From positions 1-64,000 of IMG/VR virus record IMGVR_UViG_3300014202_000879: a DNA stretch of 64,000 nt; one strand, 5' to 3'. This DNA is from a virus. This document shows positions 1 through 10,122 of the stretch, in pieces (position 1 is the first letter of the stretch; each line of letters begins with the position of its first letter). Under the pieces are notes generated by a model. It saw only the letters and a program-made list of their open reading frames with translations. It had not been told where the DNA came from and made no database searches. The translations under genes were made by a program, and so were the position numbers.

Positions 1-13
1 ATGTCGAGTTTGG

Positions 14-1060
14 TTGAGCACAATGCCGGGTGACTTGTTTGTTCCACAAAGAGCAGCCGATACAACCGATACAGAGGTAGAGCGGCTGCTGGGAAAAACC
101 CCTTTGACGCTGTCTATAAAGCACGATGGGGTTCGTGGATTGGTTCATGGGAATCTGCTCAACGGCAAAGCCATGACCCAACACCGCAACGAAATGGTCA
201 ATCTGGCATTCAGTAACCCAGATCTCCTGCCTTTGTTATCGGGCTTGGATGGCGAGTTCACGCTACTGGATGCTGACTTCAGCTACGATAGAAGAAACAT
301 GGTGCAAAAGACATCATCGTTCTTGAACACGTCGGACACGTCCGAAGTCGATATCCGACGTGTTCAGTTCCGTGTGTTCGATATCTACACGGGCGACAAA
401 ATGCCCTTGTGTGAGCGCCTGGAGTTGGCCGACGAAAGAGTCTTGGCCATCCAGAGAATGGATCTACCCCATATGGTTACTGTCACTTCTACTGAGGTAT
501 CGGTGGACAACACCATCGATCGATTCAGTGCCACTGTTCCTTCGGATGTCGCCAAGTTCGAAGCAAAAGCTTTGAAAGACGGGTACGAGGGCATCGTTCT
601 TCGCAGTCCTTTCCTGCCTTACCTGGAAGGCAGGTCCTCTAGCAAAGGCGAGTTCTTGCGGTTGAAGAGATTTCAGACGGCTGAAGCCACAGTCGTTCGG
701 GTTGTGCTGGCCAGCGCAAACAAAAACCCGATAGAAAGAGACGCCATGGGTTATGTCAAAAGGTCTTCTCACAAGGAAGGCAAAGTAGAAAAGCCTGAAG
801 TAGGGTCGTTTATTTGCTTCACCAATGCAGATATTTATGACCCACACACTGGCGAGCTTCTGGTAAAGAAAAACCAAGAGTTTGCTGTTTCTGCAACGTC
901 TATGTTCGAGCAACAAAGGAGATACCTCTACATAGTGCGCGATACCCTACCTGGACAGATCCTGAAGTTCAAGTTCTTTCCAAAGGGGATTCTGAACAAA
1001 CCGAGATTTGCCACTTTCGAATCATGGATGAGCGAAGCGGATTATTCTGCGCTGCTCTGA
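14..1060 (+). CDS. lig: ATP-dependent DNA ligase (may start upstream of the window)
   Basis: Motif I KHDGVR, III LDGEF, IIIa FRVFDI, IV EGIVLR, V LRLKRF, VI KPRFATF. The frame is open back to the window edge. Confidence 0.92.
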   Translation: MSTMPGDLFVPQRAADTTDTEVERLLGKTPLTLSIKHDGVRGLVHGNLLNGKAMTQHRNEMVNLAFSNPDLLPLLSGLDGEFTLLDADFSYDRRNMVQKTSSFLNTSDTSEVDIRRVQFRVFDIYTGDKMPLCERLELADERVLAIQRMDLPHMVTVTSTEVSVDNTIDRFSATVPSDVAKFEAKALKDGYEGIVLRSPFLPYLEGRSSSKGEFLRLKRFQTAEATVVRVVLASANKNPIERDAMGYVKRSSHKEGKVEKPEVGSFICFTNADIYDPHTGELLVKKNQEFAVSATSMFEQQRRYLYIVRDTLPGQILKFKFFPKGILNKPRFATFESWMSEADYSALL

Positions 1061-1104
1061 CTACCACTTTTACAGCACAGACGTGCAACAATCTGGAGAT
1101 TTTT

Positions 1105-1764
1105 ATGGTCAACTCAGTTCACGCCATTCCGCCACGTCAGGCTACTGACAACCGACTGTTCGGTTTTGGGAAACCTCAACCCGAGCCACAAAAGCTCCCA
1201 CCAGCCCCAATTGGGCTCATGGAACTTGAGTCCTTCGTCCCACCGAAAGAAGCAGCCAGCAAGGCAGGAAAAAAGCCTGAGCCTATTCTGTATCTGCCCA
1301 ATGCAACAGACAGTGAGCTCAGTACCATCTTCAGCAACAACCCACAGTGGTTGTGGGAACACAAACCGATGTGGGTTGTGTTCCATCGACCAGAATGGGC
1401 CAGCCTGTTCCATCCACAGGACATGATGGAAGCTTTTCCCATGTACATGGTGCAAAACAGAGCAGAATGGGTCTGCGGTCATCATCCAAAAATCATGATG
1501 GCGTTCAACCCAGATATCCTGAAGGTACACAATCCTTCTTGGATGATCACCCATCATCCGCACCTGTGCTGCTATCTGTACCCGGAAATCGTCCTGGCTC
1601 AAGATCCTGAGATCATGATGGCCTACCGTCCGGAACTCTTTCCGAAGAAGATGACCTGGTGGCAGATCTTTGTGGTGCCCTTTGTGAAGATCAAGTTCCA
1701 CAAAGCCAAGACCCAAGGCATTGAGGTGCCTGCCAAGTACCTGACCCAAAAGGAAAACAGCTAA
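1105..1764 (+). CDS. Hypothetical protein with ~13 tandem 8-aa xPxW-type repeats
   Basis: GGAG RBS before ATG 1105. Periodic units NPQWLWEH/KPMWVVFH/RPEWASLF and so on. Confidence 0.75.
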   Translation: MVNSVHAIPPRQATDNRLFGFGKPQPEPQKLPPAPIGLMELESFVPPKEAASKAGKKPEPILYLPNATDSELSTIFSNNPQWLWEHKPMWVVFHRPEWASLFHPQDMMEAFPMYMVQNRAEWVCGHHPKIMMAFNPDILKVHNPSWMITHHPHLCCYLYPEIVLAQDPEIMMAYRPELFPKKMTWWQIFVVPFVKIKFHKAKTQGIEVPAKYLTQKENS

Positions 1765-1771
1765 CAGCTGC

Positions 1772-1819
1772 CCCACCAACACCGCTACACAAGCTGGTGT
1801 TGGTGGGATGTTTTTTTTT
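1772..1819 (+). terminator. Intrinsic terminator
   Basis: Stem cccaccaacac/gtgttggtggg followed by a T-tract. Confidence 0.85.
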
Positions 1820-1883
1820 CATCTGCGTAGCATAGGAATCAAATGGCTTTAAAATCCACTCAGGCAACAAACATGAGGTTATC

Positions 1884-2333
1884 ATGAACCACTATTACGT
1901 TTTATGCAATGTCTTGACAGGATCTATTTTAGAAGTATCGGAAGAAGTTCTGATAGCCGAAGGACATCCTGTCACTATGAAAGTTTTTGATGGTGATATA
2001 CCTAACCCACTGACACATGTTTGGGACAAAGCCAGTATGGGGTACATACCAAAAGAAGTCACCTCTCTTACCCATATTCAGTTCAGGAAACTCTTTACCC
2101 CATCTGAAGAGATTCAGGTAGATGCGTTCAACGACACGTATCAAAATTCTGAACTGCTTAGCGGTTTGCAAAAGGCCATGATACGCACTGGGCTAAAGAA
2201 GTACCAGGAAGCACAAGCTATCGAACTAAACGACAGTGGTGTATCTGCTCTCTTAGACCTATACATCATGGTGGGTATTCTTGACCCAGCAAGAAAACAA
2301 GAAATCATCAGTGGTCAATTCAAACAATCATAA
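1884..2333 (+). CDS. Putative tail-fibre-associated/assembly protein
   Basis: GAGG RBS. Directly upstream of the fibre gene, same AT-richer composition. The C-terminal QFRKLFT...LDPARKQEI pattern resembles small tail-associated proteins. Confidence 0.5.
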   Translation: MNHYYVLCNVLTGSILEVSEEVLIAEGHPVTMKVFDGDIPNPLTHVWDKASMGYIPKEVTSLTHIQFRKLFTPSEEIQVDAFNDTYQNSELLSGLQKAMIRTGLKKYQEAQAIELNDSGVSALLDLYIMVGILDPARKQEIISGQFKQS

Positions 2334-2342
2334 GGACAAACA

Positions 2343-5300
2343 ATGGCTGCACAAACACTTACTGGCGTTACTACAAACTTTGACCATACCTCTGTTTTGG
2401 GTTTAAATAACGGAGAGACCATTACTCTCAATGGTGTAGATTTCACTATTGATTCAGATGTACGACATGGGCAAAATGCTGCGGTTTTGGGTCGAATAAC
2501 TTGCAGTAGCATATATAGAAACAAATTAACAGTAACCGGACAAAATGCTTGGGAGATACCTTTTGGTGGGGGTAGCAGGATACACAGCTCTACATCTCTG
2601 TTAGTGGGTTTTGATAATGGCTGGGTGGATGAGAGTGCGAACCCAAAGACATTAAGTAGAACGGGATCAGTGTCACTTGTGCCTGCTTCCAGTATTGGTT
2701 TTGGTACTCAAAGAGCTTTTTTTGATGGGACTGGTAGTTTCATCGATATAGTTCATACGGGTACTGATTTTGATCTAGGTACTGGTGACTTTACCTGTTT
2801 TGTTGAATTCGAGTTGCCATCATCCGCTACCGATAAGCTAGTGATGACGCTCTGTTCCCCACCATCCTCAGCTTCTGCATTGAGAATAAGTGTGGTCGGT
2901 ACAAAAATTAGAGTTAAGTCATCGAGTAATGGCACGACCTGGGCTATCGATCTGACTTCAACGCTAGATGTGGTGCCAGATACACCAACAACTCTAAAGA
3001 TTGCAAGAAACGGCAACAGCTGGTATCTTTATCTAAATACTCAGTTGTCGGACACATGGGTGTCATCTATCTCTCTGCTACCGAATGCCGCAGGATATAT
3101 ACACCGAATAGGGTCTGGTAATTCCTTAAACTTTTTGTCTGGGTTTATAGACGAGTTGGTTTTAGTAAAAGGTATTGCTTTGCTCTCTGGAGCAACGACA
3201 ATCGTCGATAGGGTAAATAAATGGCCAAGGGTTCCTCATACACCAGGATGTTCATCAGGAAACGTGCCAACACTTGCGGCTCTTGGGTCTAACACAGTAA
3301 CGGGCCTCATATCAGGTGCTACTGGTGAACTTCTTCGTGTCTTTGACAGAGACGGGTTTCTTGATTTACCTGTTGTTCTTGCTGCTGGTACACCTATGCC
3401 TGCCACGGGTTTCATCAAGCTGCGTACAAAAACAGGCAACTTCATACCCGGCGAGACCATCAGTTTGCCAGGAGGCGCCACGATCGTTGCAACAGATGCG
3501 GGTAAAAGGTCGTGGATCAACGTAGTGGGTAAAGAGGCATCCGTTATAACTGTAGCAAAATCTACTGAATGTAGATTTTTAGGTGACTGGTATCTTGTTG
3601 GCACAACAGATGGTGGTGTCAACCAGACACTACAGTTTCCCATAGCGGATGTCTGCCCTGGTTTGTATATCGAGACAGGACCAGGTACAAACCAATATGA
3701 ATGGTGGTTTTGTGGCGGTGGTAGATGGGGGACCACTACGCAGTTTATACCCACGGACACAAGAGGTAAGTATTTTGGATCAGACCCACTGACCGGTTTG
3801 ATTACGTTTGCTAAGAGAAGCACTTCTATAAACTGTGGGTATTTACCACCTGCTGGGTGCAGGGTTTATGTAGGCAATGTTTTCTTATCCAATGCTTCAG
3901 CTGGATACTATTCTCTCAACACACAACCTACTTCCTCTGCGAATAAGTTTTTTGTATCGACAACAGCTAATGGTTCTTTGGTTAAGGACAAAGTTTCATG
4001 TGGCTGGAGGTGCGACTTTGCCACACCTTACTCTTTATTGGTCAAAGATAGCGGAATTCTTCATTCTTTGATAGTGACGAACTGCATACAGAAACCAAAA
4101 ATACAAAACGTTTGTATTGGGCTACACGGTACTTTCGACACAGCAGCCATCGAACTAAAAAGCAATACCCTAGGTGCAGAAGTGCTGATGGTTTATGCCA
4201 CTAGGTACAAAGGAAATGTGTCCAGTACATGGACACTTAACTTATCGGACAACAGTGGTACCAGTGTTGTGGATGGTGGCGTTTACCATATTTTCGGAAA
4301 CACCACGGATGCCGCTAGGGGTAATAGCGCAGTCTACGCATTGCTCGTCACAAGGACAAGTGATGTGATTATAGATAACGTCAAAGTAGCTGGCTCGTAT
4401 GTCTATTTCTCGGCAGCTTCAAATATCAGGATGAACAACATCCAGTATGCTGACTTAATTATGGGTGAAACCACGACAGTGGTACCTATTACAGCTATTG
4501 CTTTGTATAACGCTAGTGATATCACATGTCTGGGATTTAGCAACTATGACAATATTCCTAACGTGCACCCTTACTCAGGAATAGCTCAGGCATATAACAC
4601 GTCGACTAAATTTACTCTTGGAAATATAGGCACCAAAGAAAATCCTTACAACGGAGGGTCTGCTGGTGGCATTATGGGATTTATTTTAATCACATCAAAC
4701 AGCGATAAGATTGTCCTAAAGAGAATCTATATCTCAAACCACCGCTCCGCCCTATTAATCACATCGACTTCAAACAACAAAATTGAAGTAAGAGATGTTT
4801 GGGGAAGAACAGACATTACCCAAGGTATAAACTCCTCGAACACAGTTGTTAAAAACTGCAAATGGGCAAGATCGACATCGGGACAATCGTCTAGTTACGG
4901 TAGACATTTTGAAGAATTCTCTATCGGTTTTAGCTACAAACATATAAATGTTATTTTTAACGAACCATCTGCCGAAACCTTAAATCGTGTTTCCCTATAT
5001 GGTTATGGACAAGAAATAGCTTATCCGCGACTAAGTAGATTTTTGCAAACTGGAACAGGTGTTCTGTCGGAAAATCAACTTACCATATCCGGTGCAAGCA
5101 TAGTTAGAGCAAACACCTCGATCACAGCAGGTAGTCTTAATAAATGGGACTGGGAGGTTACTGTTGTAGATGTGGTCGATATGGCTACAATAGGTATAGG
5201 TAGGTCGTTTACAGGCATTATTGGCTGGGTTGGGGAAGGTGTGGCATATCTCTCAAATGGTCAAAAAATGACCGACAGCACCTATTTCGACTACGGGGAG

Positions 5301-6668
5301 CCTTACGGTGTAGGCGACGTTATCGGTGTGGCTGTCGATATGGAAAATAACACGGTAGAGTTCTTCAAGAACGGTATTAGCCAAGGTATAGCTTTGACTG
5401 GTTTAACTGGGGTATTCCATCCAGCTGTTGGTAGAACCGTGTATAACGCAACTTACACTGTTAACTTTGGTCAGAACCCAAGAGCCTATCCTGTTAAACC
5501 AGGGTTTACAAAAGACTATGGTAACCCACCTGGGTTCTTTACGGGTGCTGGGTCACTGACGATGGAAAACCTATCTGATGAAATTATCTTAGAGATGGAT
5601 TACTTCATGATAGGTGTTACTGCTATGACTGCGCTCGAACCAACCTTTACAGGAACTAACCCATCTAACCATTATGTCGATTTTCAATACGATATAGGGT
5701 CTGGGTATAACGGAACATGGCTCCAGGCAGTTTCATCTAGTTTCTCTTTAGTACCCAGCATAAACCCGGCTGTAGGCATTAAGATAAAATTAAGAATTGT
5801 GCCGTCGGTTGCATCTGTTGCAAACCTCATAACTTATTACATGTTGAATTTTGATTCATCGGAAGCTTTGCAATCTATCCAGTATCCTGAGCCAGTTACT
5901 CTTATAGACGGTATGGTGAGTGGTCTGGTGTCTGGCTCAAGATTAAAGATACTCAATAAGACCACAGACACGCCTATTTATAATCAGGTAGTCGCGGGTA
6001 CGTCTGTCACGATTTCTTACCAAGAGGGGGTAGATTTTACCACAGGCGACCTTATAGAAATAAAAGCCACTGGTTTTTCTGGTGCTACTGCTAAGCTGCC
6101 ATTTAAAACCTCCACACAAGCTCAAGCTGATGGGTGGAGTGTCTTTATAGAGCAGGAAGACGATGTCATCTATTCACAAATAGCGATAGATGGTTCTACT
6201 GTCGACGAATTTGTCATGGATACCGTCAACAACTACATCAAAATCAATAAGCCAGACAAAGCCACAACAGTCCAAAGACTGTATGCGTGGACTGCTTACT
6301 ATAGAAACACAGAGTTTGGTATTGCGAATCTGTTCGATACATTTGAAGCCATCGATGCTTTGAATTTCAGGAGAAATCCTGCTGAGTACGCATGGTTCCT
6401 CTACAACGAACTCCTCACCAGCGTTCGTTTGTTTGGAGCTTATATGTACAGTACAGATGACTCGTTCTTTATTGCTGATTCCGAAGCAGGTGTATCAGGG
6501 TCTATCTTCATGGACTCTAAACGTGCTTACGGGGTCGATGTACCTACCAGTGGCCTGACCACAGAAGAGTCTGCGCTACTCTCCGAGGTGAGTACACTCG
6601 CCAAAGAGACCAGTGTGCAAGCTGCTATTCGGGCTGCAAAAGCGGCTCAAGCTTTCAGTTTGCTGTGA
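2343..6668 (+). CDS. Tail fibre/receptor-binding protein with LamG/ConA-like, beta-helix-like and SPRY domains
   Basis: 1441 aa, G/S/T-rich. LamG signature (AFFDGTGSFI...GTGDFT...GFIDEL). SPRY signature (WEVTV...GDVIGVAVDMENNTVEFFKNG...FHPAV...VNFGQ). Confidence 0.8.
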   Translation: MAAQTLTGVTTNFDHTSVLGLNNGETITLNGVDFTIDSDVRHGQNAAVLGRITCSSIYRNKLTVTGQNAWEIPFGGGSRIHSSTSLLVGFDNGWVDESANPKTLSRTGSVSLVPASSIGFGTQRAFFDGTGSFIDIVHTGTDFDLGTGDFTCFVEFELPSSATDKLVMTLCSPPSSASALRISVVGTKIRVKSSSNGTTWAIDLTSTLDVVPDTPTTLKIARNGNSWYLYLNTQLSDTWVSSISLLPNAAGYIHRIGSGNSLNFLSGFIDELVLVKGIALLSGATTIVDRVNKWPRVPHTPGCSSGNVPTLAALGSNTVTGLISGATGELLRVFDRDGFLDLPVVLAAGTPMPATGFIKLRTKTGNFIPGETISLPGGATIVATDAGKRSWINVVGKEASVITVAKSTECRFLGDWYLVGTTDGGVNQTLQFPIADVCPGLYIETGPGTNQYEWWFCGGGRWGTTTQFIPTDTRGKYFGSDPLTGLITFAKRSTSINCGYLPPAGCRVYVGNVFLSNASAGYYSLNTQPTSSANKFFVSTTANGSLVKDKVSCGWRCDFATPYSLLVKDSGILHSLIVTNCIQKPKIQNVCIGLHGTFDTAAIELKSNTLGAEVLMVYATRYKGNVSSTWTLNLSDNSGTSVVDGGVYHIFGNTTDAARGNSAVYALLVTRTSDVIIDNVKVAGSYVYFSAASNIRMNNIQYADLIMGETTTVVPITAIALYNASDITCLGFSNYDNIPNVHPYSGIAQAYNTSTKFTLGNIGTKENPYNGGSAGGIMGFILITSNSDKIVLKRIYISNHRSALLITSTSNNKIEVRDVWGRTDITQGINSSNTVVKNCKWARSTSGQSSSYGRHFEEFSIGFSYKHINVIFNEPSAETLNRVSLYGYGQEIAYPRLSRFLQTGTGVLSENQLTISGASIVRANTSITAGSLNKWDWEVTVVDVVDMATIGIGRSFTGIIGWVGEGVAYLSNGQKMTDSTYFDYGEPYGVGDVIGVAVDMENNTVEFFKNGISQGIALTGLTGVFHPAVGRTVYNATYTVNFGQNPRAYPVKPGFTKDYGNPPGFFTGAGSLTMENLSDEIILEMDYFMIGVTAMTALEPTFTGTNPSNHYVDFQYDIGSGYNGTWLQAVSSSFSLVPSINPAVGIKIKLRIVPSVASVANLITYYMLNFDSSEALQSIQYPEPVTLIDGMVSGLVSGSRLKILNKTTDTPIYNQVVAGTSVTISYQEGVDFTTGDLIEIKATGFSGATAKLPFKTSTQAQADGWSVFIEQEDDVIYSQIAIDGSTVDEFVMDTVNNYIKINKPDKATTVQRLYAWTAYYRNTEFGIANLFDTFEAIDALNFRRNPAEYAWFLYNELLTSVRLFGAYMYSTDDSFFIADSEAGVSGSIFMDSKRAYGVDVPTSGLTTEESALLSEVSTLAKETSVQAAIRAAKAAQAFSLL

Positions 6669-6674
6669 CGCCTA

Positions 6675-6708
6675 GCCTACTTGGAATACGCAAGTATTCC
6701 AAGTAGGT
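6675..6708. terminator. Intergenic hairpin, 15-bp stem with GCAA loop
   Basis: gcctacttggaatac-gcaa-gtattccaagtaggt. No U-tract. Confidence 0.65.
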
Positions 6709-6745
6709 AGTGCATCTATAATGTAGAAACACATCACACACCAAC

Positions 6746-8875
6746 ATGTCAAGCATATTTCTCAAACCCAGGAACGAATACAAACGAAACGTCGACCACA
6801 TCAGGCACTACGTGGAACAAATGTCGTTCTACGTGAGTGTGATGAGAGGCATTACGAGGGCACAGGCCAAGGATCTGATCGTACCTGTGCTAAAGAGCCA
6901 GTTCGTTGATCCAACCGTGATCTACTACGAACGCAGAGAGAACGGTGACAAGTACAAGAACCAATGTAAACTCACCACGTACATTCGTGACGCAATCACC
7001 AACGAAGACATTATTGCACCGACGTTCACGACTTATGTGAACCAGAAGACATTTGTCTCTCCTTTCTCGGACTTCATGATCCACAACAAGAAGAGACGCT
7101 CCATATCCAAGAAGAAGATGCATGCCGCCAAGCAAAGAGGCGACACGATCATGTATATCTTCAACGACAAGGAACAGAACAACTACAAGAAGTTCAACAA
7201 CGCGGGTTCTGGTTGTTTTGCTTCGAAGGGCTCCATACTCTACAACCCCACGTGTCACTCCACACTGACGTCCACAGTGGCCACAGAGTCCTCTATATCG
7301 AATGCCTCCAACGAGAAGTTCCTGGAAGGTAACCGGCATTATAGAGACACCACCGTCATCCTGAACAACCTGATCAGTATCTGCAGTAAATTCGACAGGG
7401 ACGAGATGCGGGCTGTGATGACCAAGTACAGGTTGAGGCCACCTACTGTCGATGAAGTAATGGCCTGTATCAACAGGTCGTTTGAGTTGTACAGCAACGA
7501 TTACCAGCGGCTGCATGATGAGATACTTCCTTTCGTACTGAAGTTAGATAAGCTGCAGCTGTCTGCGTTCATGTTTATCGGAGACCTGTACCATCTGCGT
7601 GTCTGTAACCCAGACTTTGTCAGAGAACTTTTGGATAACTTGTCGTACCCCATCAAAAGCACACAAAAGGTAGACAAGCCTTATTCATCTATCCGCAAGT
7701 TCCAAGAGTCCATAGGTTCGCAAGTCAACGATATCTTCTCTGAGAACATCATTGGTTTGAAGCCAGAAGAACTGGAAGCTCTGGACGACAGCATCCATCA
7801 GGATATGTACGCCACGGCAGAGTACATCCACAACTTCTTGCAGAGCAGAGCAGACTTCTTCAAAGTCTTCTTTATGTCGGAACACGTTCCCGCATCCACG
7901 GCCTTCATCTACGACCAGGTGAGGAGATGCGTTCCATGTAGCGATACAGATGCCACCATGTTTTCTGTGGACGGGTTTGTGCAGTGGAGGTTTGGTAAGC
8001 TCTATTTCGACAAAACCACTTGGGCTTTCGCATCGGCCACTAAGCTGCTGGCTACAGAGATCATGGCGCACCAGCTGGCTATCTTCTCAGCCAACCTGGG
8101 TGTGCTCGAATCCAAGTTGTACGACATCTCCATGAAACCCGAATTCGGCTCTCCTGTGTTCGCTCAGACACCCGTGGCCAAACACTACTACACGTTTGCC
8201 ATTGTGCAAGAAGGCTACTACCTGAAGACGCCCAATTGGCAAATCAAAGGCGTGCATATGAAGAACTCTTCGCATCCAGACGAAGTGACCCATAGTGCAG
8301 AGAACATCATGAAGACGATCCTTACCGATCTCTACCACAACAAACCTCTGAAACTGACCACGTACATCCAAGAAACGATAGACTTTGAAAAAGCCATCAA
8401 GGCGTCTATCATGAACAAAGAAACGGTATACTTCAAGAACGTGAACATGTTGATTCACACGTCCTACAAGTCCGACAAGATAAAATCACCCTACAAGTTC
8501 CATACGTTGTGGGTACAGGCTTTTGCACCTACCTACGGTGAGATCGAAGAGCCCGACTACAAAGCTGTTAGGATACCACTGACACTGGGCAGCAAGATGA
8601 AAACCTTGCAGTGGCTCAATTCTATCCAAGACAAATCACTGGCCAACAGAATTGCTCAATGGATGGCCGACCACGGTGTACAGAAGCTCGGCACAATCAT
8701 CGTCAATGCCCAGCAACTTCAGACCATGGGTATACCCAAAGAACTTGTTCCTATCATTGATTTCAAGCGAATCATTCTGGAGATGACTGGTTCCAGACGT
8801 CTTATCTTGTCATCCATGGGTTTCTACCCTAAGCGCAAGATGACCGTTACTGAGATGTACGAAGGCATTATCTGA
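6746..8875 (+). CDS. Split family-B DNA polymerase, catalytic subunit (phiKZ gp50-like)
   Basis: Motif B-like QNNYKKFNNAGSG and motif C SDTDATMF. Also KHYY and IKGVHMK. Synteny upstream of chimallin. Confidence 0.88.
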   Translation: MSSIFLKPRNEYKRNVDHIRHYVEQMSFYVSVMRGITRAQAKDLIVPVLKSQFVDPTVIYYERRENGDKYKNQCKLTTYIRDAITNEDIIAPTFTTYVNQKTFVSPFSDFMIHNKKRRSISKKKMHAAKQRGDTIMYIFNDKEQNNYKKFNNAGSGCFASKGSILYNPTCHSTLTSTVATESSISNASNEKFLEGNRHYRDTTVILNNLISICSKFDRDEMRAVMTKYRLRPPTVDEVMACINRSFELYSNDYQRLHDEILPFVLKLDKLQLSAFMFIGDLYHLRVCNPDFVRELLDNLSYPIKSTQKVDKPYSSIRKFQESIGSQVNDIFSENIIGLKPEELEALDDSIHQDMYATAEYIHNFLQSRADFFKVFFMSEHVPASTAFIYDQVRRCVPCSDTDATMFSVDGFVQWRFGKLYFDKTTWAFASATKLLATEIMAHQLAIFSANLGVLESKLYDISMKPEFGSPVFAQTPVAKHYYTFAIVQEGYYLKTPNWQIKGVHMKNSSHPDEVTHSAENIMKTILTDLYHNKPLKLTTYIQETIDFEKAIKASIMNKETVYFKNVNMLIHTSYKSDKIKSPYKFHTLWVQAFAPTYGEIEEPDYKAVRIPLTLGSKMKTLQWLNSIQDKSLANRIAQWMADHGVQKLGTIIVNAQQLQTMGIPKELVPIIDFKRIILEMTGSRRLILSSMGFYPKRKMTVTEMYEGII

Positions 8876-8880
8876 CTGTC

Positions 8881-8912
8881 CCCCACTATGCACGAAAGCG
8901 TGCATAGTGGGG
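8881..8912. terminator. Hairpin between convergent genes
   Basis: ccccactatgcacg-aaag-cgtgcatagtgggg. Confidence 0.75.
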
Positions 8913-8919
8913 TGTGTCT

Positions 8920-9747
8920 TTAGTTACCAGGGTTCATCTGGTATTTGATGAAACGTCTGCGCTTTTCTGTATCTGACATGTAAGCTACGGCAGCCCATTG
9001 TTCAGCCAAGTAGGTTTCATAGAGTTCTGCAGCATCCGCATAGCTCTCAATGATCTCTTTGATCTTGCCGATCTGTTGACCGAACTGCACAAAGTTCTCA
9101 TCGAGGTTGACGACCATCTTGTTGTAGATGTATGCCTTGGTGGCCAGTTCACACAGTTTGGTGAACTGGGGCAGTGTTCTCAGCGGTAGGTTGTTCAGGT
9201 TTTCTTCGTTACCAACCACGCACCTGAGCGAATAGATGCCTGTGATCCTGGTCTGTTCACGAATGAGAACCGTGTTGTGGCCAATGATTTCTGTGTAGGT
9301 CGTGGTTAACCCAACCTGACGTGAGTGAGAGTTAAACACCTTGTCGGCCGCGTTGTACAGCTCACTGGTGTTCATGGAGGTAGGTTGCACAGAAGTCCAC
9401 GGGTAGCTGTTGGTGTACGTGGAGGAGAATGGAACGTAGCTGGCTTCCAAGATGGAGATGATGGTGCGGTACATCGTCCTCTCGGGAGGTATCTGGTAAA
9501 CCAAGGTACGCATATCGGCCATGGTCACAGGCAGGCCAGTCAGGTCGACAGGGATTTCTTGACCACCCACCACGTCCATGTCCCTCATCACAATAGGGCG
9601 TATTACCGTATTGAGCAGCCTGGATGAGATAGTGACAGGTGCACCGATGGTGGGCATGTCTGTGCCCAAAAACGCCACTTTAAGCACCTGTTGTGGGACA
9701 ACTATCCCGTTGACGATCTTCTGTATAGCGTTTTGTACTAGATTCAT
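8920..9747 (-). CDS. Conserved virion structural protein (phiKZ gp52-like)
   Basis: 275 aa, GAGG RBS. Minus-strand position between polymerase and chimallin as in phiKZ-like phages. Confidence 0.65.
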   Translation of the reverse strand: MNLVQNAIQKIVNGIVVPQQVLKVAFLGTDMPTIGAPVTISSRLLNTVIRPIVMRDMDVVGGQEIPVDLTGLPVTMADMRTLVYQIPPERTMYRTIISILEASYVPFSSTYTNSYPWTSVQPTSMNTSELYNAADKVFNSHSRQVGLTTTYTEIIGHNTVLIREQTRITGIYSLRCVVGNEENLNNLPLRTLPQFTKLCELATKAYIYNKMVVNLDENFVQFGQQIGKIKEIIESYADAAELYETYLAEQWAAVAYMSDTEKRRRFIKYQMNPGN

Positions 9748-9768
9748 GTTTTAACCTCAAGGAAATGA

Positions 9769-10122
9769 ATGTCGGCCACTGAGAAATCAAAGATCAGGTA
9801 CATGAGCAAGGAAGAGTTCCTCATGTACCTGCAAGATAGATACCCTCACCAAGACTGGAGACTGATGCTCTCCATCGGTATAAGAGGGTTTTACGAGAAC
9901 ATGGTTGAGTTTGTAAAGACCGATGCGTGCGCAAACATAGCTCAGGTGGACATCGATTGTGCTGTGGTTTTTCTCCTCTCGGCAGAAGAGGTGAAATTCG
10001 TGGCTTACAACATCAACGACCCTATTCGGTTCTATGAGCCCGATGACCCCGACGACTACATCGATGGCTACATAGCCACCATGGTCTCTCTGAAAGAGTT
10101 GTCTACCCACATCCTGAGTTAG
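9769..10122 (+). CDS. Hypothetical protein
   Basis: 117 aa with AAGGA RBS. Fills the gap between two minus-strand genes. Confidence 0.65.
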   Translation: MSATEKSKIRYMSKEEFLMYLQDRYPHQDWRLMLSIGIRGFYENMVEFVKTDACANIAQVDIDCAVVFLLSAEEVKFVAYNINDPIRFYEPDDPDDYIDGYIATMVSLKELSTHILS

